Of a stretch of DNA of 28,179 nucleotides, positions 1 to 8,938 are shown piece by piece; positions within the stretch are counted from its first letter, which is position 1, and every line of letters starts with the position of its first letter. This stretch comes from Nitrososphaerota archaeon (lineage in GTDB: Archaea; Thermoproteota; Nitrososphaeria; Nitrososphaerales; Gagatemarchaeaceae): positions 1-28,179 of the forward strand of contig VBPP01000135.1 in assembly GCA_005877365.1 (NCBI GenBank), given 5' to 3'. The translations under genes were made by a program, and so were the position numbers. The notes under the pieces are model-generated. The model saw only the letters and a program-made list of their open reading frames with translations. It did not search any database and was not told the origin of the DNA.

Positions 1-836
1 TTCTGGTTGGTCAACTCCTCGTTCGCGAACTTCAGGAAATCCCTCTCCGGTATCCCGTAGACCCGTGTGAGCTCGACCATCTTCAAGCGAGCATTCTCGA
101 ACTCGCCGTCGAGGGCGAGTCTTACAATATCCCCGACCCTCCCCTTCACCGTCGCGCCAGTCACGGCCTTGACTTTCTCGAGGGAGAGCTCCCCCGACGC
201 CGAGGCCGCCTGGAACAGGTTGATGGCCTGCCTCAGGTCACCGTTCGTCGACTCGTAGATGGACGAGAGGACTCCGGGCTCGAGGGGCTTAATCTTCTCC
301 TTCTTCGCAATCTCCTTGAGGTGCGTCGTAACCGAACCCTCGTCCAGCCGCTGGAACCTGAAGATCGCGCACCGACTCTGCAGGGGCTCGATGATTCCCG
401 ACGAATAGTTGCAGATGAGGATGAATCTGGTGAATTGGGAACTCTCCTCCATTATCCTGCGAAGGGCCGTCTGGGCGTCGGCCGTCATCGAGTCGGCTTC
501 ATCTAGTATGATCAGCCTGAAGGGCACACCGTCCCTTCTGTCTGAGTACCTTGCGAAGTTTTTCACTCGCTCACGGACCATGTCGATCCCCCTTTCATCG
601 CTCGCGTTGAGCGAGAGCGTGTAATCGCTCGAAAGGTCTCCCAGGATCTCCTTGACGATGATTAGGGCAGTCGTCGTCTTCCCTGAGCCAGGCGGTCCAG
701 CAAAGAGGAGATGCGGCAGCTCACCCTTCCTCTCGAGAAGGGGAGTGAGCCTCTCCTTCATGCTAGCTTGGTTCACCAAATCCTCGAGCTTCTTCGGCCT
801 GTATTTCTCGACCCACATCATCTCCTCAAGTGGCAT
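1..836 (-). CDS. rfcS: Replication factor C small subunit (clamp loader), 3' end truncated by the window
   Basis: Own translation from ATG 836: MPLEEMMWVEKYRPKKL, Walker A LLFAGPPGSGKTT, LNASDERGID, Walker B IILDEAD, SRC motif (LQSRC), GDLRQAIN. Open to the window edge. Confidence 0.96.
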   Translation of the reverse strand, partial: MPLEEMMWVEKYRPKKLEDLVNQASMKERLTPLLERKGELPHLLFAGPPGSGKTTTALIIVKEILGDLSSDYTLSLNASDERGIDMVRERVKNFARYSDRRDGVPFRLIILDEADSMTADAQTALRRIMEESSQFTRFILICNYSSGIIEPLQSRCAIFRFQRLDEGSVTTHLKEIAKKEKIKPLEPGVLSSIYESTNGDLRQAINLFQAASASGELSLEKVKAVTGATVKGRVGDIVRLALDGEFENARLKMVELTRVYGIPERDFLKFANEELTNQ

Positions 837-897
837 CGTTCAGCACTCCTGTTGCCTGCTCTCACTTACATTCATGAAGAGCGGCGAAGCGGTATCG

Positions 898-905
898 TAT
901 TTATT
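898..905 (-). promoter_or_regulatory. Candidate TATA box for rfcS
   Basis: AATAAATA on the minus strand ~60 nt above the ATG, with an SD-like AGGAGTG just before the start. Confidence 0.35.
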
Positions 906-1199
906 CCTAAGGGCGGGATGGCCTTGCGACATGCCCCAGGCGAGTATGGCGGCGAAGGTGTTACGAGATTTGTACAAGCCTATGAGCATCCCGGCGACAG
1001 GTGTCGGCTTCGACTGCGTCGTCGTAGACTCGTGCCTTCCTCCCCCAGGACTCACTCGAACCTGTCTCGGTCTCACCAGAAAGGCTTTGTCCGTCCCCAT
1101 CCTCTGACTTCTCGCTGCTGGCAGAATTATTCTCGAGAGCACGTCTGATGCTTCTAGCGTCTCTTGATCTAGTATCGGGTACGCTTTATCCTTGAAGGT

Positions 1200-2417
1200 C
1201 TAGTGTGAGACAGCAGCTGCACCCTTCTCGCTCACCAGCCTGTCCTCCCGGAATCTCGAGAGTCTGAACGGTCTGATGACGTCGGGAGTCCTCTTTGTTG
1301 CGATCAGTTCGGCGATCCTCTTCCCCGACACTGGTCCTGCCTTGAAACCGTAAGTCCCCCAGCCCACATCGAGGACAAACCCCTTCAGGCCATCTACCTC
1401 CCCAAGTATCGGGCTGTAGTCAGGGGTCATATCGCACAACCCTCCCCACTGCCTCAGCACCCTCACGTGCCTCAGTCCTGGAAAGAGCTCGAGCGCATGA
1501 GCTACGATACTCTCCAGAGTCTCGAGCGTGGATCCCTGGCTATACGACGAGTACGGGTCAATCTCTGACCCCATGACGAGCTCACCCCTGTCAGTCTGGT
1601 ATACATAGACGTGAAGGTTAGCAGAGACGACCACCTTGTCCAAGAAGGGTTTGAGTGGCTCTGTGACACACGCCTGGAGGGGGTGGGTCACCACCGGAAG
1701 ATCGACGCCCACCATCTTCGAGACGGTGGTGCACCATCCTGAGGTTGCGTTGACCACGCAGTCTGCCCTTATCACTTCTCCCTTGTCGGTCCTCACACCG
1801 GTGACCTGGTGGTCTTTCACGTCTATGGTGATAACCTCGGTGCGGGGGTGAACCTCTCCCCCATGCCTCTCAACCCCCCTTGCATACCCCCAGACGACCG
1901 CGTCATGCCTGATCACCCCTCCGGGAGCGTGATAGAGTGCCGCCTTCACAGGATATCGAGGTCTGTCACTGGTGTCGAGCGCGGGAACCAGCCTTTTTAT
2001 CTCGTCGGGCCATATGACCCGGCTGTTGACTCCAAGAGCCTTGTTGACCTCCGCCCTCCTCCAGAGGCCATTTACCGCCGAGTCCGTGTGGGCAAGGCTT
2101 AGGTGGCCAATCTGCGAGAAGAGAAGGTTGAAGTTGAGCTCCTTCGAGAGCTCTTCGTAGAGCTTCAGACTCTCGCTGTAGAAATGTACCCCCTCCACGG
2201 TCATGTAGTTGGCCCTGATGATGGCGGTATTCCTACCGCTGTTCCCACCGCCCAGGTAGACCTTGTCCAGGACCGCTACGTTAGTGATGTTGTGATTCTT
2301 TGCAAGATAGTAAGCAATCGAGAGACCGTGAACTCCCGCACCGATAACTACAACGTCGTATCTCGGTTTCAGCTTATGTCTCTGCCACATCTTCTCCTTT
2401 CTGAACAAGGCTCGCAA
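1200..2417 (-). CDS. soxB: Heterotetrameric sarcosine oxidase / N-methylglutamate dehydrogenase beta subunit (SoxB/MgdA)
   Basis: YDVVVIGAGVHG FAD motif, GGGNSGRNT, RHDAVVWGYARG, DMTPD, GWGTYGFKAGP and C-terminal EKGAAAVSH typical of SoxB. TTG start. Confidence 0.92.
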   Translation of the reverse strand: MRALFRKEKMWQRHKLKPRYDVVVIGAGVHGLSIAYYLAKNHNITNVAVLDKVYLGGGNSGRNTAIIRANYMTVEGVHFYSESLKLYEELSKELNFNLLFSQIGHLSLAHTDSAVNGLWRRAEVNKALGVNSRVIWPDEIKRLVPALDTSDRPRYPVKAALYHAPGGVIRHDAVVWGYARGVERHGGEVHPRTEVITIDVKDHQVTGVRTDKGEVIRADCVVNATSGWCTTVSKMVGVDLPVVTHPLQACVTEPLKPFLDKVVVSANLHVYVYQTDRGELVMGSEIDPYSSYSQGSTLETLESIVAHALELFPGLRHVRVLRQWGGLCDMTPDYSPILGEVDGLKGFVLDVGWGTYGFKAGPVSGKRIAELIATKRTPDVIRPFRLSRFREDRLVSEKGAAAVSH

Positions 2418-2427
2418 CTCAATCGCC

Positions 2428-3180
2428 CTAACCTGACGACCTCGAACCCCCTAACCTATCGGGAGAGTCGAGCCCGAACGGGGCGATTCCATACTCATGT
2501 CCAGCCTCGATGATAGCATCCCACACATACTCCGCGTAGTCTCTCCCACAGTAGACGTCGAAGGCAGTTGTGCCTCCTGAGGACTTCCCATCGAATCGCA
2601 CTATTGTTGAGTGGACCTTTGCGAGGCCGGCCTCCAGGCAGAAAGGTCCGCCTGTCTCTCTACCCGACAAGTCCACTTGAACCAGCTTCCTGAGAACCGC
2701 CTCGCTGGACGGCCCCCCAACTGTGAACCCAGCAAGGATCGAGGAGACGTTGGTGAGATTTGCTCCGTCCTCCAATTTCAGCATACCCTCAACGTCAAGG
2801 GCGGAGGTGGACTTGAACGGTTGCGTGAGGAGGAGCGCGTGCTCCTTCGTCAGCCTGCAAGCGTAAATCAAGGAGAAGCGCTTACTCCTCACATCTCGCT
2901 CTGATACCTGACTCGAAAGCTTGACCTCTCCCGCCTTCCTTGGGATGACTACAGAGGACAGGTTCTTCTCCATGAACTTGTCGACCTCGGTCCCCTTGAC
3001 GTCAACCTTCCCGTAATGGCTGATGTCGCATATTCCGACGGAACGGAGAACATTCTTGAACTCGTCTTCCGCCCCTCTGTAGAATCTCGGAAGAATCCAT
3101 CCATCAAGGTCTGCCAGCTTGGCACCCAACTCCGCGTGCCTGCGGTGGAGGGCTGTTCTCCTACTTGGCATCTCGCTCAC
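2428..3180 (-). CDS. GcvT-like folate-binding subunit at the gamma position (SoxG/MgdD-like)
   Basis: RRTALHRRHAELGA...GWILP...VGICDISHYGK resembles the GcvT N-terminus; DVYCGRDYAEYVWDAIIEAGHEYGIAPFG; lies between soxA and soxB. Confidence 0.75.
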   Translation of the reverse strand: MSEMPSRRTALHRRHAELGAKLADLDGWILPRFYRGAEDEFKNVLRSVGICDISHYGKVDVKGTEVDKFMEKNLSSVVIPRKAGEVKLSSQVSERDVRSKRFSLIYACRLTKEHALLLTQPFKSTSALDVEGMLKLEDGANLTNVSSILAGFTVGGPSSEAVLRKLVQVDLSGRETGGPFCLEAGLAKVHSTIVRFDGKSSGGTTAFDVYCGRDYAEYVWDAIIEAGHEYGIAPFGLDSPDRLGGSRSSG

Positions 3181-3207
3181 CCGTCCTGATGCTACCCCAC
3201 TGCTTCG

Positions 3208-6183
3208 TCATGCCCTCAATCTCTTCCCCTCTGGATCGTAGAAGGGCGCCAATGTGACCTCCGCACCATTCAGCGCATCGTCTGACTTTACCCTTATCAG
3301 TGACCCTTCCTTGTAATGCTCTGGGGTGACGAGAGCCATACCCACGCATCTGCCAACTTTTGGACTGAACTTTGAGCTTGTCACGAAACCGACATGCCGG
3401 CTCCCGTCCTGCGAGAAGACCTGGTCGCCGTCATGCGCAACCATGGAGTCCTTCATGACGAAACCCACAAGCATCCGCTCGGGCTCCTTCTTCTCGGCTG
3501 CGACCAGCGCAGCTTTACCGACAAAGTCCTCCTTCTCGAACTTCACGGTCCACGCCATGTCCGCCTCGAACGGATTTGACAGGGCGTCTGTATCTTGCCC
3601 TACGATAACGTGCTTCTTCTCCAGCCTCAGGACCCGTTGTGTCTCGACCCCGAATGGCTTAACTCCGAACTCCTTTCCGGCTTCAAGAAGGGTGTCCCAG
3701 AAATACTCGCCGAACTCGGCAGGGAAGTGTATCTCCCAACCGGTCTCGCCCACGAATCCAATTCTGAGCAGGATGCATGGAACCCCGGCCACCTCCCCTT
3801 CGGCGGAGCTCATGTAGGGGAACGCCCCACTGGAGAGGTCGACGGTCGTTAATTTTTGAAGGAGGTCTCTGGCTTTCGGACCAGCAACGTTCACTGCACC
3901 CAGACCAGCGGTCACGTTGGTGATGTAGGCGTCCAGCCTTAGTGCGGTAGCCCACCAGACGAGCCACTCTTCGACGAACTCTACATTCCCAGTCGTCGTC
4001 GTGATAAAGTAGTGAGTCTCGGAGAGCCTTGTCACAGTCCCGTCGTCCAAGACTATTCCAGCGTCGTCGCAGATGACTCCGTAGCGGCTCTTTCCGACCT
4101 TGAGTGTCGAGAATATGTGCGTATAGACAAAGTCCAGAAGCTTCCCGGCATCTCTTCCCTTAACATCAAGCCTCCCCAACGTGCTGACGTCGATTACCCC
4201 AACGCTCTCCCTGACTGCCTTGTACTCCTCTTCCACAGAGGTGTAGACGTGAGGTCTCTTCCACTCCCCCATGTCCATGATTCGCGCCCCGAGTTCGATG
4301 TGCTTGTAATGTATGCCTGTGAGTTTCACTGGATGAAGCTCGGCTCCCGCGAGTGCTCCCATGGCGACGGGCACGTAGGGTGGGCGGGAGACCGTCCTCC
4401 CCGTCTGAGCTATCGAGCGCCCCGTAACTCTGCTGCAGAGATGGAGCGAAGGCATGGAGCACATCTTCCCCTGGCAAGGACCCATCGTCACCGTACTGTA
4501 TCGCTTTAGGGTCTCTATATCGTCGAACCCCTCGAAGGTCGCGAGCGAAATATCCTTCGCCACGACATCTTCGCAGACGCACACGAACCTCTTCCGCATC
4601 TTGTCGGATCCAGGATATTCAACGACCAGCACATCGGGACCTCTCGTGCGTTTCATCCCCTCCCGGTATTTGCCCTCATACTGAGAGACTAGCCTGGAGT
4701 AGGTCTCGAGCGACTTTCTTTGATACTCGACCTTCAGTTCCGAACTTCGCTCCATCGCGGGGAGATTGACGGCAGCGCTCAGCCCCGCAACCTTGCCTTG
4801 CATTATGGCGATGTTGAGATCATGAATCCCGGTCAGGTCGCCACAGACATAGACGGTGGGTTTGAGTTCTCGAGGGATAAACTCCCTCAAGAGCTCGTCA
4901 TAGATCGTTCGAGAACCAGTCTGATTCAACAACCAAGCTTCGGTCTCAAAGCCTGTCGAGAGGCTTACCAGGTCGCAGCTCACAACCCTCTCCGTACCAT
5001 GTACCAACTCGCCCTCGTTGTCAACTTCGCATATCACGACGGAGCTCACGTGCTTCGACCCTCGCGCCTCTTTCACCGCCCATCCCAGAAAGGTCTGAAC
5101 CTTGGCGTCCTCAATCTCGGCCAGTGTTTCGGGCGCTCCGACCGCCTTCCTGGAGTCGATGTACGCTTCCAGCTTGACGCCTGCATCCATAAGCGTGCGA
5201 GCGACGCCGAGACCTGAATCGTTGTTCGAGACGACTACTGCCCTCTTTCCTGGGATGACACCGTACAGATTGACCAGACGCTGGATCCCCCTCCCCAAGA
5301 AGACCTCGGGAAGGTCGTTATTCTGGAAGACCGACGGGAATTCGTGAGCTCCAGTTGCGAAGACGAGTTGTTCGGCGCGTAGCCTGATCACACTGTTTCC
5401 CCGTACGATGCCAATCAGGTTCGACTCGTATATTCCGAATGCCGTCGAGTTGTCGAGGACTGTCATGTTAGGGCGGTCTCTGACAGCCTTCTCGAGTGTT
5501 GAGGCCACGGCGGAGGACTTGAGCCCAGAGTACGCCCCCTCGCCGGTCGCAACGTCTATGCTCAAGGTCTCGCCGGAGTACCGGAGGTGCCCTCCGAGAG
5601 CGGGTTGGTCATCAACCAGTACAACCCTCGCCCCGGCGTTGCCGGCCTCCAGCGCCGCGAAGATGCCACTAGGTCCGCCCCCAATCACTGCCACGTCAGC
5701 CTGGAGATTGAGGTGCTCGAAGCTGCTGGAGTGAATAGATCGACCATCCTTCGGACCCTTACCGGTCGCAGAGGCGATCTCCTCCTCGATGTCGCCGAGC
5801 CCGGTGAGCCGGCGGATAATCCACTCAACCCTGGACCATTCGATTGGTGGGTTGATGAAAGTCTTGTAGTAGAACCCGACGGGGAGGAACCGGCCAATCT
5901 TGTCGATAACGGAAAAGATGTCATGCTCGAGTGAAGGCCAGCAATTCTGAGATTTGACCTTCATCCCCGCCCTGACTCTCTCGGTGCATGCCTTGACGTT
6001 TGGGACCCCATCCACGCTCATCAGGCAGTTGGGACATCTTCCCGAGACGCAGAGTAGGCCTCTCGGCCGGTGATACTTGAAACTCCTGCTGAAGATCCTG
6101 ACCCCGGATGCGTACAGGGCAGACGCAATAGTATCACCCTCAAATGCACTCATTCTTCTACCGTTGAATTCGAAGTTCAGCAA
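3208..6183 (-). CDS. soxA: Sarcosine oxidase / N-methylglutamate dehydrogenase alpha subunit (SoxA/MgdC) with Fer2, pyridine-nucleotide, BFD-like and GcvT domains
   Basis: GDTIASAL, SRSFKYHRPRG, DVAVIGGGPSG, TLKRYST, GcvT-like C-terminal half (DVSTLG, RIGFVGETGWE, LRLEK). Start uncertain: TTG 6183 is the first in-frame start. Confidence 0.92.
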   Translation of the reverse strand: MLNFEFNGRRMSAFEGDTIASALYASGVRIFSRSFKYHRPRGLLCVSGRCPNCLMSVDGVPNVKACTERVRAGMKVKSQNCWPSLEHDIFSVIDKIGRFLPVGFYYKTFINPPIEWSRVEWIIRRLTGLGDIEEEIASATGKGPKDGRSIHSSSFEHLNLQADVAVIGGGPSGIFAALEAGNAGARVVLVDDQPALGGHLRYSGETLSIDVATGEGAYSGLKSSAVASTLEKAVRDRPNMTVLDNSTAFGIYESNLIGIVRGNSVIRLRAEQLVFATGAHEFPSVFQNNDLPEVFLGRGIQRLVNLYGVIPGKRAVVVSNNDSGLGVARTLMDAGVKLEAYIDSRKAVGAPETLAEIEDAKVQTFLGWAVKEARGSKHVSSVVICEVDNEGELVHGTERVVSCDLVSLSTGFETEAWLLNQTGSRTIYDELLREFIPRELKPTVYVCGDLTGIHDLNIAIMQGKVAGLSAAVNLPAMERSSELKVEYQRKSLETYSRLVSQYEGKYREGMKRTRGPDVLVVEYPGSDKMRKRFVCVCEDVVAKDISLATFEGFDDIETLKRYSTVTMGPCQGKMCSMPSLHLCSRVTGRSIAQTGRTVSRPPYVPVAMGALAGAELHPVKLTGIHYKHIELGARIMDMGEWKRPHVYTSVEEEYKAVRESVGVIDVSTLGRLDVKGRDAGKLLDFVYTHIFSTLKVGKSRYGVICDDAGIVLDDGTVTRLSETHYFITTTTGNVEFVEEWLVWWATALRLDAYITNVTAGLGAVNVAGPKARDLLQKLTTVDLSSGAFPYMSSAEGEVAGVPCILLRIGFVGETGWEIHFPAEFGEYFWDTLLEAGKEFGVKPFGVETQRVLRLEKKHVIVGQDTDALSNPFEADMAWTVKFEKEDFVGKAALVAAEKKEPERMLVGFVMKDSMVAHDGDQVFSQDGSRHVGFVTSSKFSPKVGRCVGMALVTPEHYKEGSLIRVKSDDALNGAEVTLAPFYDPEGKRLRA

Positions 6184-6202
6184 CTTCGACCTGTCGAGGA
6201 GT

Positions 6203-6439
6203 TCAGATGGACACGGAGTTGTCCCGAGTATCTCTTATCGCGAGAAACCACTTATGACAGCCAAGCCTGTGAAACCACCACTCCTGTTGAACGCCTGCGA
6301 CGTTCTCCCTCATGTATACATACTTCATCCACTCCTCGGAAGAGGAGTTGACTCTCGGCCTCTTGTGAGCCTCCCCCCCAAATCTGAATTCGTATACGTC
6401 TCTCTTGCCGCAATTCGGACACTCAAGCAGGAATCCCAT
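6203..6439 (-). CDS. soxD: Sarcosine oxidase / NMG dehydrogenase delta subunit (SoxD/MgdB), Zn-binding
   Basis: CPNCGKR..EFRFGGE, YVYMREN, EWWFHRLGC..WF..RDT; Cys/Cys/His/Cys ligands intact. Confidence 0.92.
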   Translation of the reverse strand: MGFLLECPNCGKRDVYEFRFGGEAHKRPRVNSSSEEWMKYVYMRENVAGVQQEWWFHRLGCHKWFLAIRDTRDNSVSI

Positions 6440-6493
6440 GGTATCTAGCTCACTTCATCCCTCCCCAGCTGATAGGTTTGTACAGTGAAACCA

Positions 6494-7849
6494 TCAGAGG
6501 TACGTCAGGTATCGGTCAACTTCCCACTGACTGACTGTGCTGTGATACTCGTTCCATTCCCTCATCTTCATCTTGGCATAATAATCCGCAAACTCCTTCC
6601 CGAGCGCATCAAGACTCACTCTGTCCCTCTGGAACTCGTCGACAGCTTCCTTCAGTGATCCGGGGAGTAGTTCGATCCCGCGCTCCTCCAAGTCCTTCTC
6701 AGTCGTCCTGTACATGTTCCCCTTATTCATCGGTCCCGGGTCGAGCTTTCTGTCTATCCCGTCGAGACCTGCCGCGAGCATCGCCGTGGTTGCGAGGTAG
6801 GGATTGCAGGCTGAATCGGGAGTCCTGTTCTCGATATGCTCACCCGAAGCTACCCTGATCATCTGCGTCCGGTTGTTCCCGCCATAGGAGATGTAGACGG
6901 GTGCCCAAGTCGCCCCCGAGGCCGAGCCGCCAGCCACCAGACGCTTATACGAGTTAACGGTTGGAGCGGTTAGCGCGATATACGCCTTGGCATGTTCGAG
7001 TAATCCACCGATGAAATGGTACGCGGTCTTCGAGAGACCTAGCTTCTGCGGGTCCCTCTCGTCGTAGAAGAGGTTCTTTGTCCCCTCCCATAGGCTCATG
7101 TGGAAGTGAGCTCCGTTACCTGTCCTGTTGGTGAAGGGCTTGGGCATGAAAGACGCTACTGCGCCCATTGTACCAGCAAGGTAGGAGACCGCGAACTTGA
7201 AGAAGGTATACTTGTCGCATGTGGCCAGGGCGTCATCGTACCTGATGTTGACCTCATACTGTGCAGGTCCGTCCTCATGGTCCGTGGCCTCGCTGTGCCA
7301 TCCAAGTTCATCGAGATAGTTGTTCAAGGTCTGGAGGAAATCGAGATTCCTCCCGAGAAGCTTGAGGTCGTAGCATGGCTTTGCAATGTTCTCTATGTCG
7401 TCGTACGTCCGAATGCGTCCGGCCTCCCTTTTCACGAGGTAGAATTCGGGTTCAATCCCTGTCTTGAAGGAAAGCCCCCTCTCCTTCTTCACTCTCTTCA
7501 GGAACCTGTCGAGTATCGTCCTGGTGCAGTAAGGCCAAGACTTTCCCTCGGTGTACAGGTTCGCCGCAAACCAGACGGTGTTCTTCTTCCAGGGGAGGAC
7601 CGTCATTGTGTTGAGGTCGGGTATCGTTATGAGGTCTGGTTGGTGTGGCTGCTGCCCCATCTCGGTGCTTACGGCGAACCCGGCGAAACCCACCCCGTTG
7701 GTGACCAAGTTCTGGAACTCAGAGACAGGAACCATCTTCGCCTTTGGCACCCCGTTGATGTCGACGAACTGAGAGAGCACGAACTGGATCCCCTTGCTCT
7801 TCAGGGCTTTCACCACTGAGGCAATCTCCTTCGTGCTAGCGCCATTCAA
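6494..7849 (-). CDS. gmaS: Gamma-glutamylmethylamide synthetase (GlnT/GmaS, glutamine synthetase-like)
   Basis: GS fold with GlnT/GmaS-type motifs GFAGFA, KPCYD, DHEDG, MPKPFTNRTGNGAHFH, SGATWAP, GGNNRTQMIR; embedded between mgs and mgd-like genes. Confidence 0.85.
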   Translation of the reverse strand: MNGASTKEIASVVKALKSKGIQFVLSQFVDINGVPKAKMVPVSEFQNLVTNGVGFAGFAVSTEMGQQPHQPDLITIPDLNTMTVLPWKKNTVWFAANLYTEGKSWPYCTRTILDRFLKRVKKERGLSFKTGIEPEFYLVKREAGRIRTYDDIENIAKPCYDLKLLGRNLDFLQTLNNYLDELGWHSEATDHEDGPAQYEVNIRYDDALATCDKYTFFKFAVSYLAGTMGAVASFMPKPFTNRTGNGAHFHMSLWEGTKNLFYDERDPQKLGLSKTAYHFIGGLLEHAKAYIALTAPTVNSYKRLVAGGSASGATWAPVYISYGGNNRTQMIRVASGEHIENRTPDSACNPYLATTAMLAAGLDGIDRKLDPGPMNKGNMYRTTEKDLEERGIELLPGSLKEAVDEFQRDRVSLDALGKEFADYYAKMKMREWNEYHSTVSQWEVDRYLTYL

Positions 7850-7855
7850 GTTCAG

Positions 7856-8938
7856 TTATTCACCTGCAAGCCTGACCCCGCTCATCAGAGAAGCTTCGAG
7901 CGTGAGGGCGGAGAGGTCTTCGTATTCCAGACTGTGTACATCCCCTTTACCCAATGATCTGGCCAATAGAGCAATCTCCATCGTCATCGAATTTATGAAT
8001 TTTGCAACTCTTATCCCTGTCCCCGGCTCAATCTTCCGGTTCGGGCGGCCCTCCTCTGCTATTTCGTTTGATGAGTTGTAGTATCCGAGAGCAATCAGCG
8101 CCGCTTCATCGATTCTCACAGCGTCTGCACCCAGAGCGAGAGCCTTCGACGCATCAGCACCGTTTCTTGTCCCTGTCGCCGAGATGAGGCTCACTTCCCC
8201 GAGTACCTTCCTCTCGCGCAGTGCCTCCCTTGCCCTCGGGATTCCCGCGATGATCGGAACCCTGCAATAGTCGAACAGGCCCTCTGGCCTCGTGATAGTC
8301 GAAGTCTTCAGGCCTCGGAGGACCAGACCGTCGGCCCCGACGCCTACCGCGGCTTTGACCTCGTCTTCAACCCGTGCCCCTGGGCAGCTCACAAAGATGG
8401 GGACCTTAACAGCCCCCCCTCTTCTGAGATCCCTTATGAGGCCGTGCAGCGCATCGACAGTCGTCCCAAGCTCGAGGTTGAGCTGTCTTGCTTCTGCCTT
8501 GAGGGAGGAGACGAGCCTCGATGCACCCTTTCGGACTGGCACCTCGTAGATCATTCGGTGAGCGAGCTTCCTCTCGTCGCGATTCACCTTGCCTTCCAGT
8601 GAGATCGCAGAGTTTGCCAAACTACTCCCCCTGGCAAGTTCCAGCCGCGCCCTGTTCTCTAGAGCCGATGACGCGCCGACGTAGATGGGAGTCTCGAGGA
8701 CGAGCGGGGTTGAGGCGGTTCTGGACCCGAGGGTGGTCTCTGTCTTGCATTTCTCCTTGTATCCCTCAAGCGGAAACCTGGTCAACCCGGACGCCAAGAA
8801 GACGAGTTCGTCGAATGTGGGCAGGTCGCGGAGAGGCCTGAAACCGCTCAGCCGGTATTGGCCTTGGGCCCTGCTGTGAATATCCGCGATTGTCTGGGGT
8901 GTCCAGATCTGACTATGAGGATAGATCAATGCCTTCAC
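7856..8938 (-). CDS. Degenerate MgsC-like FMN-glutamate-synthase-family paralogue, probably non-catalytic
   Basis: Aligns with the upstream MgsC (LPTFDELVFL, TRFPLEGYKEKC, RNGADASKALALGADAV, SMTMEIALLARSLGK) but lacks GMSYG, TGDGG, GQGAKP and the Fe-S cysteines. GTGA overlap with the mgsC stop. Confidence 0.8.
   Translation of the reverse strand: MKALIYPHSQIWTPQTIADIHSRAQGQYRLSGFRPLRDLPTFDELVFLASGLTRFPLEGYKEKCKTETTLGSRTASTPLVLETPIYVGASSALENRARLELARGSSLANSAISLEGKVNRDERKLAHRMIYEVPVRKGASRLVSSLKAEARQLNLELGTTVDALHGLIRDLRRGGAVKVPIFVSCPGARVEDEVKAAVGVGADGLVLRGLKTSTITRPEGLFDYCRVPIIAGIPRAREALRERKVLGEVSLISATGTRNGADASKALALGADAVRIDEAALIALGYYNSSNEIAEEGRPNRKIEPGTGIRVAKFINSMTMEIALLARSLGKGDVHSLEYEDLSALTLEASLMSGVRLAGE

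Noticed and set aside
1040-1075. GGTTCGAGT on the minus strand, resembling a tRNA T-loop; RNase P and SRP RNA also considered
   Set aside because: The flanks do not form a T-stem or cloverleaf, and the SRP helix-8 and RNase P conserved motifs were not found.
840-1202. soxB ends in TAG followed by ~120 in-frame open codons, suggesting pyrrolysine read-through in a methylamine locus
   Set aside because: SoxB already ends at its canonical AAAVSH terminus. The extension resembles nothing, no pyl genes are in the window, and open frames of this length are common at this GC content.
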